From a virus (lineage: Duplodnaviria > Heunggongvirae > Uroviricota > Caudoviricetes): a stretch of 64,000 nt of DNA. The stretch covers positions 12,292-76,291 of the IMG/VR virus record IMGVR_UViG_2724679539_000005; one strand, given 5' to 3'. The notes below the pieces were generated by a model. That model searched no databases. It was not told where the DNA came from and saw nothing but the letters and a program-made list of their open reading frames with translations. Made by a program: the position numbers and the translations under genes. Shown here piece by piece: positions 1 to 9,478 of the stretch (position 1 is its first letter; each line of letters opens with the position of its first letter).

Positions 1-1
1 A

Positions 2-1840
2 GCCGCAATTCAGTCTCTACAGCAGAAGTTAGCGGCAAAACCATCAACCGCACAAGATGTTGGTGAGTTCGTTGGACAAGCAGCGCCATTTGTTAGTGGT
101 GGTGGGATTATTTCTCAGGTTCCCAAAGGGGCGGCAAGACTGGCTGCCGCCGCAGGGCTTGGTGCTGGAGAAGGGGCTATTGTAGCCAATGGAACAAATA
201 GCGATGTTGCTTCCGGCGCTGCTATTGGCGCTGTGGCTGGCCCTGTAGCCGAACTTGCTGGCCCTGCAATTAATAAAATAGCTGGGAAATTAACCAAGAA
301 GAATGTTTCTTCGATTCCAGATATTGAGGGGATTACTCCTGCCGAAGAGAAAATTCGTAAGTTATCTGCACAAGGCAACCCAAATCTTGCCTCTTCGCTT
401 GAAGGGCTAGATCTAAAACCTCAGAAAGAAATTGTTGAGGCTGCAAATAGGCTTCATGTTGATTCAGTTCTTCCTTCTCATTTATCAGGAAATGAGCAAT
501 ACCAAGCTGTAGAGCAAGCCCTAAAGTCACGGACAGGATCAGCGTTAAAAGCTCAAGAAGATAAAGCAATAAGCGAATTAGCCTCTAGTGCTGGCAAGAT
601 AATCGATGATGTTGCTGGTGCGCCAGATGCGTTAGCTATGAGCGAAAAATATATTTATCAGATAAATAGTAGAATGGAAGCACTAAAAAACCGTAGTGAT
701 CAGTTATATAAACGTGTTGATTCCGCTCTATCACCAAGAACAAAAGTCGAAGCAAATAACACAAGCACTATGCTGGAAAAAATCGCTGATGATTTAGGAG
801 GGTGGGATAATCTTGACCCAATAGAAAAGCGAGTTTTTACAGCAATAAACCCCGGACCAGATAGCATCCTAACGTATGCAAATTTAAACAGGCAAAGGCG
901 TTTAGTTGGTGATGCCCTAAATAAAAAGCAGGGGCCATACAAAGATGCTGATAAAGAAACGCTATCAAGACTATATGGAGCTTTAGCTGAAGACCAAAAA
1001 TCTGTCTTATCCAATACTGGATACTTGCGAGATTTCGAAGTCGCACAACGCCTTGTAGCTATGAGAAAAAACTTAGAAAGGCAAATGGTAAATCTTCGCG
1101 GGAAAACACTTAATGGGGATATAGCGTATAAAGTAACGAATTCTCTTCAATCTATGGCAAAAGGTGATGCGAGAGGGTTTCGTGAGATTATGCAAAATAC
1201 TCCATCAAGAACATTGCGAAGGGAGCTAGTAGGAACAGCATTAAGAGATATGCTTTCCTCTGGGAAGCGTGGGGCCGACTTTAATCCATCTGGCTTTGCA
1301 GATTGGTGGCAAAACTTGCAACACAGTGGACAGCTAAAGACTTTGGCTGAACATTTGCCAAAAGAAACAATGAGCGGACTATATGATGTATACAAAGTTG
1401 CCAGAGCAATAAAAAATGCTAAAGCGCATGAAATATCTACTGGTAAGCTGAATGAGTTTGTAAACAGATTTAATCGGGTAACAGCTCCATACGAACTAGC
1501 AGCAAAACACATTCAAAAAATAGGCACGATGGTAGGCGCTCATTTTGGATCGCTTGGAGCCATTGCTGGGGCTGATATTGGAGCAAGATTGGCGAGTAAA
1601 GCTCGATTAGCTGGTGGAGCAGGGGCGGCTGATGCTGCGGATAAATTAATTGCCTCGCCAGCCTTCCAGAGCGCAGTAAAAAATCTACACGGAAAAGCGC
1701 CTGGGCACATTGTTGATTCACGTATCAGGCGCTCCCCTCAATGGAAGAGTTTTTTTAACTCTCTTCCTGAACAGGAAAAACGGACCATCGCCAGACTGGG
1801 CATCATTACTTGGCTATCTAATGATCCAGATAATGACTAG
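2..1840 (+). CDS. C-terminal part (>=612 aa) of a large Gly/Ala-rich protein of unknown function; 5' end lies outside the window
   Basis: Frame is open from position 2 to the TAG at 1838-1840; the track's first Met is at 233. Gly/Ala-rich stretches near both ends. No family recognised. Confidence 0.5.
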   Translation, partial: AAIQSLQQKLAAKPSTAQDVGEFVGQAAPFVSGGGIISQVPKGAARLAAAAGLGAGEGAIVANGTNSDVASGAAIGAVAGPVAELAGPAINKIAGKLTKKNVSSIPDIEGITPAEEKIRKLSAQGNPNLASSLEGLDLKPQKEIVEAANRLHVDSVLPSHLSGNEQYQAVEQALKSRTGSALKAQEDKAISELASSAGKIIDDVAGAPDALAMSEKYIYQINSRMEALKNRSDQLYKRVDSALSPRTKVEANNTSTMLEKIADDLGGWDNLDPIEKRVFTAINPGPDSILTYANLNRQRRLVGDALNKKQGPYKDADKETLSRLYGALAEDQKSVLSNTGYLRDFEVAQRLVAMRKNLERQMVNLRGKTLNGDIAYKVTNSLQSMAKGDARGFREIMQNTPSRTLRRELVGTALRDMLSSGKRGADFNPSGFADWWQNLQHSGQLKTLAEHLPKETMSGLYDVYKVARAIKNAKAHEISTGKLNEFVNRFNRVTAPYELAAKHIQKIGTMVGAHFGSLGAIAGADIGARLASKARLAGGAGAADAADKLIASPAFQSAVKNLHGKAPGHIVDSRIRRSPQWKSFFNSLPEQEKRTIARLGIITWLSNDPDND

Positions 1841-1859
1841 TGAATGGCCACGGATGGCC

Positions 1860-2285
1860 TCAATCTTTATTCTTTGAAATAGAGTCATTGATCTTTTCGA
1901 AACACCAATGAAATCCACAAAAGAGAGCTACACCAATATAACAATACAAAACTATCAACCACCTTTCAGTGTCCGAAGGGTAAAAAACATCAATTACATA
2001 AGCAACACCAATTGGTATTAATGCTAGTAATAACATCGACACAGGACGTACAAACTTCTGAACTATATCAATTTTATAGAACCACAAGGCGGTATGTTTA
2101 ATGATATAAGTAAAGATGGCTGCGCCAATAATGGCAAAAAACACCATCGATAAAGTCGGGTATAACTTTGCGACAATTAAACCCAACAAAATAATTATAA
2201 CTGCCTGCCCCCTCACACCAACCCTCCCTTTAGCTTTGTTTAGAATGGCAATCATCATATATCCAAGACATGGCATTTGGTACAT
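1860..2285 (-). CDS. small integral membrane protein (about 3-4 TM helices); start uncertain
   Basis: Track ORF 1860-2474; the hydrophobic body starts at internal Met codons (2255-2285). Convergent with and immediately downstream of the large ORF. Confidence 0.4.
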   Translation of the reverse strand: MYQMPCLGYMMIAILNKAKGRVGVRGQAVIIILLGLIVAKLYPTLSMVFFAIIGAAIFTYIIKHTALWFYKIDIVQKFVRPVSMLLLALIPIGVAYVIDVFYPSDTERWLIVLYCYIGVALFCGFHWCFEKINDSISKNKD

Positions 2286-2408
2286 AGCTTGGGTCGGGAT
2301 TTCAAATCCGCCCCCGTTGATGGGGTCGTTACAGTACGCGCATATCCGCTTTATGTGAAACAGGAAGATTTTTCTGATATCACTGCCACAGCAAAACACC
2401 AATTTCGT

Positions 2409-2710
2409 GACCAGTACGCGCGCGAGGGGTATCAGTTGCAAAATTTTTTGCAACTGCGTCCGACCAGTACGCACACGATGGCGGGGGATACCATGAAACT
2501 GTTCTCTACACGAGACAGAGTGGTGGTGATGTGTTGATTATCGGCGTATATGCGCACAGGACGCGCTATGACGATGTTTTATGCGGGTACACCAATCACA
2601 TGTATCTGGTGTGATAAATCGCGTTACATGACCTCTCATGTTGTGCTGGTGGTTATCACGACGTTCTGAATCTGGCTTTTGTCTGATATTTTGCGACAAG
2701 TACGCGCGCG
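2409..2710. repeat. three copies of the 16-bp motif GAC(C/A)AGTACGC(G/A)C(G/A)CG plus a 24-bp perfect palindrome; a fourth motif copy lies at 5410-5427
   Basis: Motif at 2409-2424, 2462-2477, 2695-2710 and 5410-5427. Palindrome CAGTTGCAAAATTTTTTGCAACTG at 2433-2456. Confidence 0.5.
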
Positions 2711-3047
2711 TAACATCGAAATTATCGGATGGCGTATGTTGCTGGCAAGATAAAGTCGGCGTAATACAAAGGCGTTACTTGATAGCAGCAAGATTACAAC
2801 AATGGTTGTTGAATTTGAGCGATGTAAGGAATTGATTTAGGGAGGCGCTGATGGCTAAAAAGTTCCACTACCAGCGGATGAATGCGCCAGCGATGGCCGT
2901 TTGGTAGTAAAAGAGGAGCCATTCCTCAATCAGTTGAATACATTATGCCAACTAAATGGGTGGGGGCACTGTGTGGGTATTCAGCGGTGACGGTATTTTT
3001 TAAGCCAAGGACTATCCGTAGCAGGGGGACTCATTTTGAAATATTTA

Positions 3048-3485
3048 TCATATGTAACTTATTATTTTAGATAAAGATTTCCAGTTAAAGAAAAAAGTTA
3101 TCATTGATATAATCAAATATGCCCCTGCGAGTAGCAGGGCATAATAATCCAGAGGCAGATTGCTGACAACAGGGGCAAACATCGAGATCATTGCTAATAG
3201 GCAGGCTGTGATCAGCGTAGTTCCTGTATCAAAAAGCCCCTCAATAATGCCTTTTAGTACTCCGTTACTTTTTAGAGCGCCTACAATTCCCTTTGAACTA
3301 TCAAAGCTACTTAGCATGGTGACTGATGCCAAAACAAAACCAAAGAGAACTCCAGAAATAGTTGAAAGAGCACCAGCAGCCGAAATGACAGCATTGTGAT
3401 CTAGGTCGTGTAAAAAATGGGCACCAGCAATAGCCATAGCTAGAGCAAACAATGACTTGGCAGCAAACAATTTCCGAGAACTCAT
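3048..3485 (-). CDS. small multi-pass membrane protein (145 aa), second gene of a two-gene cassette
   Basis: About four hydrophobic helices; starts 12 bp after the stop of the upstream 361-aa ORF on the same strand; AT-rich. Confidence 0.6.
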   Translation of the reverse strand: MSSRKLFAAKSLFALAMAIAGAHFLHDLDHNAVISAAGALSTISGVLFGFVLASVTMLSSFDSSKGIVGALKSNGVLKGIIEGLFDTGTTLITACLLAMISMFAPVVSNLPLDYYALLLAGAYLIISMITFFFNWKSLSKIISYI

Positions 3486-3497
3486 AATGTATTCCTG

Positions 3498-4583
3498 TTA
3501 CGTTTGACTAACCAAATAGTACTGGGTTAGATACCTAAGGTTGTCATTCTTTGCTTGTAGCATAGCATTTTTAACGTCAGTATCGGTCGGATACCCATCT
3601 GCTTGGATAGGCACCATCTTCTTTACCGTAAGAACTTCGTCTACAAGACTTTTCTTCTTTTTATCGCCCTGAGCAACAACATTTGCTTTCTCAAAAGTTA
3701 AACGACCATCACCACCAGGGAACTTTTCTAGCATCTCCTTAAGGCTTTTTTTAACGTCATCCTCAAGCCATCCCTTTGCTTTTCTTTTTAATGGAGAATG
3801 TCCGCGTAACGAAATAGTCAGGTGGCTTGAACTGGTGCCTCTGATCATCTCAATCATCTGATTCGCGAACATTCCATCGAGTTGATACTGTGCGGCATTG
3901 AAGTTTCTTGGGATGGCCACAGAAATCTCGCAGCTTCTTAGATTGGATCCAGTTTCGAGTAGTTCTTTGATGCTTTCTTCTTTCCAAATGGCTTCAAAAG
4001 AAACAGGGACTCCGCGATCACTGGAGTTGAAAAGAAGGAAGGCTAAGTCACTATGGCGTGGACCTAAATGATTTAAAGACAATACTAGAATGTCTGTCTG
4101 AGGATAATAAATAAAGTATGTACGTTCTGAAAGAGTCTTTGCCCCGGCTAGAGGGATTTTCTCTTCCACCCACTCTTTATCTGTAATATATGCCAGTGTT
4201 GCGCTTTTTCTTCTTCGAGACATGAATCCGAAGTAGGAGCCATCCTCGGGTGAGATGTCTAGAAAATGAATTTTAAGTTCTCTTTCACCAAAGTCTGCAT
4301 AGTGGGTCATCTTGAAGTCTTTAGAACACCGATCATACAGATTTTTAAAGGCCTCTGCGGTTAACCCCTTGTTACTAGTGCGAATATTCTCAGAGCTTGT
4401 GTAAAAGCCCACCCTTACAGATTTCAAACTTTGATCTTTTGGTGCCACAGTCATTTGAGCTCCATTGTACTCTGCGATAGTTTTTGCACACCTTGAAATC
4501 AAAATCTCCATGTCAGTCACGAGAAAATAACTATGGATGAAACCCATCAAAGGCATTGAATACAGGTGGCTTTTGAGAATCAT
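3498..4583 (-). CDS. hypothetical cytoplasmic protein (361 aa), first gene of the two-gene cassette
   Basis: Long uninterrupted ORF with no recognisable motif; AT-rich codon usage unlike the flanking DNA; followed directly by the membrane-protein gene. Confidence 0.65.
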   Translation of the reverse strand: MILKSHLYSMPLMGFIHSYFLVTDMEILISRCAKTIAEYNGAQMTVAPKDQSLKSVRVGFYTSSENIRTSNKGLTAEAFKNLYDRCSKDFKMTHYADFGERELKIHFLDISPEDGSYFGFMSRRRKSATLAYITDKEWVEEKIPLAGAKTLSERTYFIYYPQTDILVLSLNHLGPRHSDLAFLLFNSSDRGVPVSFEAIWKEESIKELLETGSNLRSCEISVAIPRNFNAAQYQLDGMFANQMIEMIRGTSSSHLTISLRGHSPLKRKAKGWLEDDVKKSLKEMLEKFPGGDGRLTFEKANVVAQGDKKKKSLVDEVLTVKKMVPIQADGYPTDTDVKNAMLQAKNDNLRYLTQYYLVSQT

Positions 4584-4934
4584 CCTAACCTGGTGACGGT
4601 GGTTCGCATATCCTGATGGATGATCAGTGATTAATCAATGCGCCAAGCAGATGTGTCTATGTGTTTGTTAATCATTGCATGACAGTAGATCGACATGGGA
4701 GATCACGTTATATAGTTGAATTGTTAGGATATCCATGCACCGATCAACTGACTAGGCTGATGTGCTTTTTAGCAGGTGCCATATAGTAGTTAGGCGGTTC
4801 TGTGAAATGATTACTGTTCCAGCATAACTGCGGCATAAAGCGGTGCTATATAAGCTATTTGCTGGCGGATTTAGTCTTCACCGTTAATATATGTAGTGAC
4901 TATTTGACAGAGTGTTAGTTCACGGACACTTTTT

Positions 4935-5043
4935 GTTGGTTCAAAATGAGTTGATGTTGGTTCAATATTTTAGAAAAAACACAATAAAAACAACGCTCTT
5001 TACAAATTGAACCAACTGAACCAACTGAACCAACTGAACCAAC
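4935..5043. repeat. iteron-like 9-bp repeats TGAACCAAC: two inverted copies and four perfect tandem copies
   Basis: GTTGGTTCA at 4935-4943 and 4958-4966; (TGAACCAAC)x4 at 5008-5043. Lies in the divergent intergenic region between the 361-aa cassette and the PerC-like gene. Confidence 0.6.
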
Positions 5044-5079
5044 ACCTTTTTGCTTATCTATATAATCTGAGAGGCAGAA

Positions 5080-5361
5080 ATGATAAGGGACAGGAAAGCT
5101 GAAGAGCTGGAGTCAAAAGGGCTATACCGGAGAGCTGCCGCACGATGGATGGAAGTCATGCTGTTATGCACCGAGGACGATGATCGGGAATGGATAAAGC
5201 GCCGCCGTGAAACGTGTCTGGAGAACGTGAAGCGCCCGCCCGTGAAGGTTGAGGAATTTGGCGACCTGCATAAAGCTGTTACCGAAACGCAACACCGCAT
5301 GGGGATAGCGCAACCGAACGGTAACGCCTTCCGGTTAAATGGCGGCAAGAGGCAAAGGTAG
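5080..5361 (+). CDS. PerC-like small transcriptional activator (93 aa)
   Basis: Size and N-terminal pattern (KAEELE..GLYRRAA.RW.EV) recalled as PerC/Pch family; not verified by search. Confidence 0.45.
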   Translation: MIRDRKAEELESKGLYRRAAARWMEVMLLCTEDDDREWIKRRRETCLENVKRPPVKVEEFGDLHKAVTETQHRMGIAQPNGNAFRLNGGKRQR

Positions 5362-5658
5362 ACCACCAGAGGGAAATCATCCTCTGGCTGGCGGTTTCTG
5401 GTATTTCGGGACAAGTACGCGCACGCGTAGCACCCAATCGGTGAGGAAATAGCGGCGACCTGAATGGTCAAAATCACAACGCAGCTATCCCCGTAAGCAT
5501 CGCTTAACGGAATAGCAGTAACCTGAATCCAGTGGGGAGGGGGTAGTCAAATCTCTACAGGCCTGACTATCCGGGACTGCCCGCCCCATCGTTTTTTTAT
5601 ACCCGCGAAAAATGAAATTTAATCCGGGCGTGTTTCATCCTTCCAGAGGGTATGACGT

Positions 5659-5844
5659 ATGGCACCACGCGAAATAGCCTTATTGACCATCGCCAAACTT
5701 GAGCACGGAGGCCACCAGCTTACACAGGCAGATCAACGGGAGATAGAACGATCAGTTAATGCCGATATAGCCCGGCGCGACAGGTTCCGCGAAATGATGC
5801 GAGCACCTGCCTACCAGTGGAAGAAGCCAGCGCCGCGCAGGTAG
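5659..5844 (+). CDS. hypothetical small protein (61 aa)
   Basis: ORF with a charged/basic C-terminus; no family recognised. Confidence 0.3.
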   Translation: MAPREIALLTIAKLEHGGHQLTQADQREIERSVNADIARRDRFREMMRAPAYQWKKPAPRR

Positions 5845-5964
5845 ATATGGGATTATTCCACATGTAACTTATGCGTATTAAGCAAATTTCCTTTATTCAC
5901 CTTTACAGAATTGTGAGTACGTCAGTATCGTTATCCTTCCGATTCGCATTTATTCAGGATTTGC

Positions 5965-6507
5965 ATGTACCAGCTAAAGATAACCATCCGAGACAGCAAA
6001 CCACCTATATGGCGGCGTGTGCTGGTTCCAGAGCAAATCCCCTTTAGTAAACTTCATGCCGTGATCCAGTTAGCTTTTGGCTGGAATGACGAACACCTGT
6101 ATATGTTCGAGAAAGGGCGTAAAGGTGATCCAGGTAGCGAGTATCGCGTATGGGGTGAGGATGAAAGCATGGGTAACGCGGCAATCACGCCACTATGGGC
6201 GGCGCTCCAGAATGAGGGTGACAAGCTGGTTTACACGTATGACTTTGGCGACTGGTGGGATTGCGTCATTGTGCTGGAGAAGCAAACACACGATACGAGT
6301 AATCAGCCCATTAGCTGCCTGCGTGGGAAAGGCACCACCCCGGCGGAAAACTCAGGCGGCTTGCATGGTTACAATGAATTGCTATTACAGGCCAGAGAGT
6401 CTGATAATCCTGAGCAGGCCGAGATCCACAATTTCCTGATGCTGGATATTGAACGCCGGGTTTACGACCTGAGCCGCATCAACGACAGATTGCAGGCTAT
6501 TAACTGA
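5965..6507 (+). CDS. pRiA4b ORF-3-like family protein (180 aa)
   Basis: N-terminal pattern IxIT(I)RDSKPPIWRR..VP..F..LH..IQ.AFGW...HLY.F recalled as the PF07929-like family. Confidence 0.5.
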   Translation: MYQLKITIRDSKPPIWRRVLVPEQIPFSKLHAVIQLAFGWNDEHLYMFEKGRKGDPGSEYRVWGEDESMGNAAITPLWAALQNEGDKLVYTYDFGDWWDCVIVLEKQTHDTSNQPISCLRGKGTTPAENSGGLHGYNELLLQARESDNPEQAEIHNFLMLDIERRVYDLSRINDRLQAIN

Positions 6508-6859
6508 CCCGCATGTATTCACCTGATATTGCGTTATCAGCGCCGCCAGTATCGCGCATAACAGCACAATGACCGGGTAAACCGTAACGCACGACCGTTG
6601 CGTTAGTCTCACCGCCGCGCCGTATCTGGCGCGATTCATACACTGTCACCCGCTCAAGCAGTCCACCAGCAACCATGCTTTCCAGTGTGCGCCGGGTTGA
6701 TTCGAGCTGGTGACGCTTATCGAACGACACCATGCCATGAAGCAGGTAGGCCACACCCGACACATCGAACGGCGGCGCACCAATCTCACCAGTCACCCAT
6801 TCGAGGTTATCCGGTTCAAAGTAGCTAAGTATCTCTTTTTTGCGGCTGGTCATTCTCAT
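6500..6859 (-). CDS. hypothetical protein (119 aa), possible winged-helix fold
   Basis: ORF convergent with the preceding gene, overlapping by 8 bp. Confidence 0.35.
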   Translation of the reverse strand: MRMTSRKKEILSYFEPDNLEWVTGEIGAPPFDVSGVAYLLHGMVSFDKRHQLESTRRTLESMVAGGLLERVTVYESRQIRRGGETNATVVRYGLPGHCAVMRDTGGADNAISGEYMRVS

Positions 6860-7060
6860 GGCTGGCTGATTCCTTATTGTGGGATAGCACTATCATACAA
6901 TAAGTGGGTTAAAGGGAGAGCGTTACCGCCTGATATGCTGTATGAATAACAACCAAATTTCAGGGGCGGAAAAAGATATGGGGGTACTTTTGGGGGTATC
7001 TATAAAAAATGAACAATAAAAAAGGCAACAAAAACAAAGCTTATCGCCTATGTGTATTGT

Positions 7061-7077
7061 TCCTATTATCGCACCAT
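7061..7077 (+). other. att core, copy 1 (thrW 3'-end-like TCCTATTATCGCACCAT), next to the integrase 3' end
   Basis: 17-nt match to the tRNA-Thr(CGU) 3' end as recalled; the same core recurs at 48847-48863 and 62056-62072, each followed by an AAATCAATAA-like flank. Confidence 0.6.
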
Positions 7078-7090
7078 CTAAATCAATAAG

Positions 7091-8251
7091 TTACCTCGCA
7101 TTTAAGTAAACTACGTTCTCCTCTTGTGCCGTATTTGTGCCATTGCGACTTATAATCGCATCGATTTTGCTCGCGTGCTCGGTGAGATGCCCAGCTGAAA
7201 GGTGGGCGTATCTTTGAACCATTTCGAGAGTTTCCCATCCTCCCATCTCTTTAAGTGCAAGAAGAGAGACACCGGACTGAACCAGCCAGCTTGCCCAGGT
7301 ATGCCTCAGGTCATGGAAGCGGAAGTTGCTAATGCCTGCCCGCTTTAACGCTCCCTTCCATGCCTTGTTGCTGTCGGTTCTCATCTTCCTTACCGCTGCT
7401 GTTTTTGTTCCGTCGCTTCGGTAGGCAGGTTTGGTGTGGACAAATACCCATCTCTTATGGAGCCCCTGCTGTTTTCTTAATATCTGGCATGCGGTTTCGT
7501 TAAGAGGAACTCCGATCGCATTGCCAGCTTTTGTTTCATCAGGGTGCATCCATGCCATTTTCTTATCCAGATCGACCTGTGACCACTCAAGGTCTGTAAC
7601 GTTGGAACGACGAAGGCCTGTCGTGATTGCAAACATGACCACAGGGAAGAAATGAGGAGCAATTTCTGCAAACAGGCGCTTCGATTCCTCCTCTGTAAGC
7701 CATCTGATTCGTCCATTCTTAACGCGTGGTGTTGATATTTTGGGCGCCCTGTCAAGCCATCCCCATTCAACAGCCATATTGAGAATAGCGCGAAGTATTG
7801 CCAGATGCCGCGTCTTCGTTCCTTTGCTTGCCAGCTTTGGTTTATACTCCGGCACTGGCTTGCCAAGCCGCAAACACCTATCCCGGCTCATCTCCCAGTT
7901 CAGGCGATGGCGGCGGTTTTCCATCCCGTCTACCGCCTCCATTATTTTTTCTGTTGTTATGTCAGAGAGAATGGTTTCTCTGAAGTGCAACATCCAGAAC
8001 GATATAATGCTCTTGTCATCATCAATGGACTTCTTATCCGATTTCTCACGCAGCCACCGTATGCAGGCTTCCTTGAATAGCTTTTTCGGTGATTCCCCGA
8101 GATTTTTTACTCTCCACGCTTCTGCTTTCAGACGATCGTGAAGTTCTTGCGCTTGCCTCTTGTCCGATGTTTCAAGAGAGCGTCTAACTCTTGATCCATC
8201 TGGCGCGACGAAATCGCAGTGCCATGTGCCACCGCGCAGTTTGATTGACAT
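7091..8251 (-). CDS. int: tyrosine integrase (P4/CP4-type)
   Basis: C-terminal catalytic region with [13 protein letters not shown] and the conserved Tyr region (VQRYAHL); 386 aa; adjacent to the att core. Confidence 0.9.
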   Translation of the reverse strand: MSIKLRGGTWHCDFVAPDGSRVRRSLETSDKRQAQELHDRLKAEAWRVKNLGESPKKLFKEACIRWLREKSDKKSIDDDKSIISFWMLHFRETILSDITTEKIMEAVDGMENRRHRLNWEMSRDRCLRLGKPVPEYKPKLASKGTKTRHLAILRAILNMAVEWGWLDRAPKISTPRVKNGRIRWLTEEESKRLFAEIAPHFFPVVMFAITTGLRRSNVTDLEWSQVDLDKKMAWMHPDETKAGNAIGVPLNETACQILRKQQGLHKRWVFVHTKPAYRSDGTKTAAVRKMRTDSNKAWKGALKRAGISNFRFHDLRHTWASWLVQSGVSLLALKEMGGWETLEMVQRYAHLSAGHLTEHASKIDAIISRNGTNTAQEENVVYLNAR

Positions 8252-8547
8252 GCTTTAACCTCCTGCACATCAACCGCATTCACCGCGCCATTGTGTCTCA
8301 CAGACTTAAGCGCCGCAATGCAGTCTGACTTGCAAATGCGATATGGGCTTTTAGGTTTATCTGGATTTATCTTTGCGGCTTGAAGTCGTCCACTTCGTAT
8401 CCACTGCGTGATAGTGCCTTTGTCTACCTTCAGATACGACGCAGCCTCTTCACGAGTGAAGATTTCTTCTTCCACTTGGAGTCTCCATTTATTGGATTGA
8501 CATGATTGCTGTAGGTCTGGATATCTTGAGAAGCTGGCAGGCCTCAT
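8128..8547 (-). CDS. xis: excisionase / AlpA-like HTH DNA-binding protein; 3' extent uncertain
   Basis: HTH segment (EEAASYLKVDKGTITQWIRSGRL); directly upstream of int and overlapping its start in another frame. Confidence 0.55.
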   Translation of the reverse strand: MRPASFSRYPDLQQSCQSNKWRLQVEEEIFTREEAASYLKVDKGTITQWIRSGRLQAAKINPDKPKSPYRICKSDCIAALKSVRHNGAVNAVDVQEVKACQSNCAVAHGTAISSRQMDQELDALLKHRTRGKRKNFTIV

Positions 8548-8822
8548 CGAGTGTGAGGCTGTATGATTCCATGGTTACCTCTGCTTTTTGAACGCATGTC
8601 ACGTAACTTCTTAATGTGTTCTGCCGTTTCGATCTCTTCTGCTATCCGATCTGCATCAGCTTTATTCACAGGTTCAAAGTCATGATTAAATCGGAACATG
8701 CTGGCGATACATGTTCTGCCTTTTCGGATGTAGTGAACTTTGTTGTGGGTAGAACGCAGGATTTTGCAGGGAGTGCCGTGGTGATCGACGTACCAGGTGT
8801 TAGGAAAAATGATTCTGAACAT
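8544..8822 (-). CDS. hypothetical early protein (92 aa)
   Basis: ORF in the early-left operon between xis and the TraR-like gene. Confidence 0.35.
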   Translation of the reverse strand: MFRIIFPNTWYVDHHGTPCKILRSTHNKVHYIRKGRTCIASMFRFNHDFEPVNKADADRIAEEIETAEHIKKLRDMRSKSRGNHGIIQPHTR

Positions 8823-8869
8823 TTTTACACCTCAGTTGGACGATGTTGAAATTTGCTGCTTTGAGGCCA

Positions 8870-9088
8870 TCACAGTCCCCATTGTTTGTTCTTAAGTTCG
8901 ATCTCCTCCTGGCAACTTGCACAAGTCCGACAACCCTGAACAGCCAGGCGTCTTCGCTCATCTATCGGATCGCCACACTCACAACAATGAGTTGCGGATA
9001 CAGTCTGGTAGTTCAGACGACGCATTTTTATTGCTGTATTGCGCTGTAATTCTTCGATTTCTGATGCTGAATCAATGATGTCTGCCAT
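8870..9088 (-). CDS. TraR/DksA-family C4 zinc-finger protein
   Basis: 72 aa with CxxC...CxxC (CCECGDPI...CRTCASC), typical of phage TraR-like proteins. Confidence 0.7.
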   Translation of the reverse strand: MADIIDSASEIEELQRNTAIKMRRLNYQTVSATHCCECGDPIDERRRLAVQGCRTCASCQEEIELKNKQWGL

Positions 9089-9186
9089 CTTCCATTAATC
9101 CCTGAATTGTTGGTTAATACGCTTGAGGATGAATGCGAACAATAAAAAAGGAGCCTGTAGCTCCCTGATGATTTTGCTTTTCATGT

Positions 9187-9405
9187 TCACCGTTCCTTAA
9201 AGAGGCCGTTTAACATGCCGATCGCCAGGCTTAAATGAGTCGGTGTGAATCCCATCAGCGTTACCGTTTCGCGGTGCTTCTTCAGTACGCTACGGCAAAT
9301 GTCATCGACGTTTTTATCCGGAAACTGCTGTCTGGCTTTTTTGATTTCAGAATTAGCCTGACGGGCAATACTGCGAAGGGCGTTTTCTTGCTGAGGTGTC
9401 ATTGA
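9187..9405 (-). CDS. hypothetical small early protein
   Basis: ORF trimmed to an internal Met; sits between the dam and TraR-like genes. Confidence 0.3.
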   Translation of the reverse strand, partial: SMTPQQENALRSIARQANSEIKKARQQFPDKNVDDICRSVLKKHRETVTLMGFTPTHLSLAIGMLNGLFKER

Positions 9406-9478
9406 ACAAGTCCCATGTCGGCAAGCATAAGCACACAGAATATGAAGCCCGCTGCCAGAAAAATGCATTCTGTGGTTG

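Noticed and set aside
2116-2835. Small plus-strand ORFs (2116-2358, 2277-2537, 2638-2835)
   Set aside because: They overlap the minus-strand membrane-protein gene or lie in the repeat/palindrome-containing intergenic region; no RBS and no coherent protein features.
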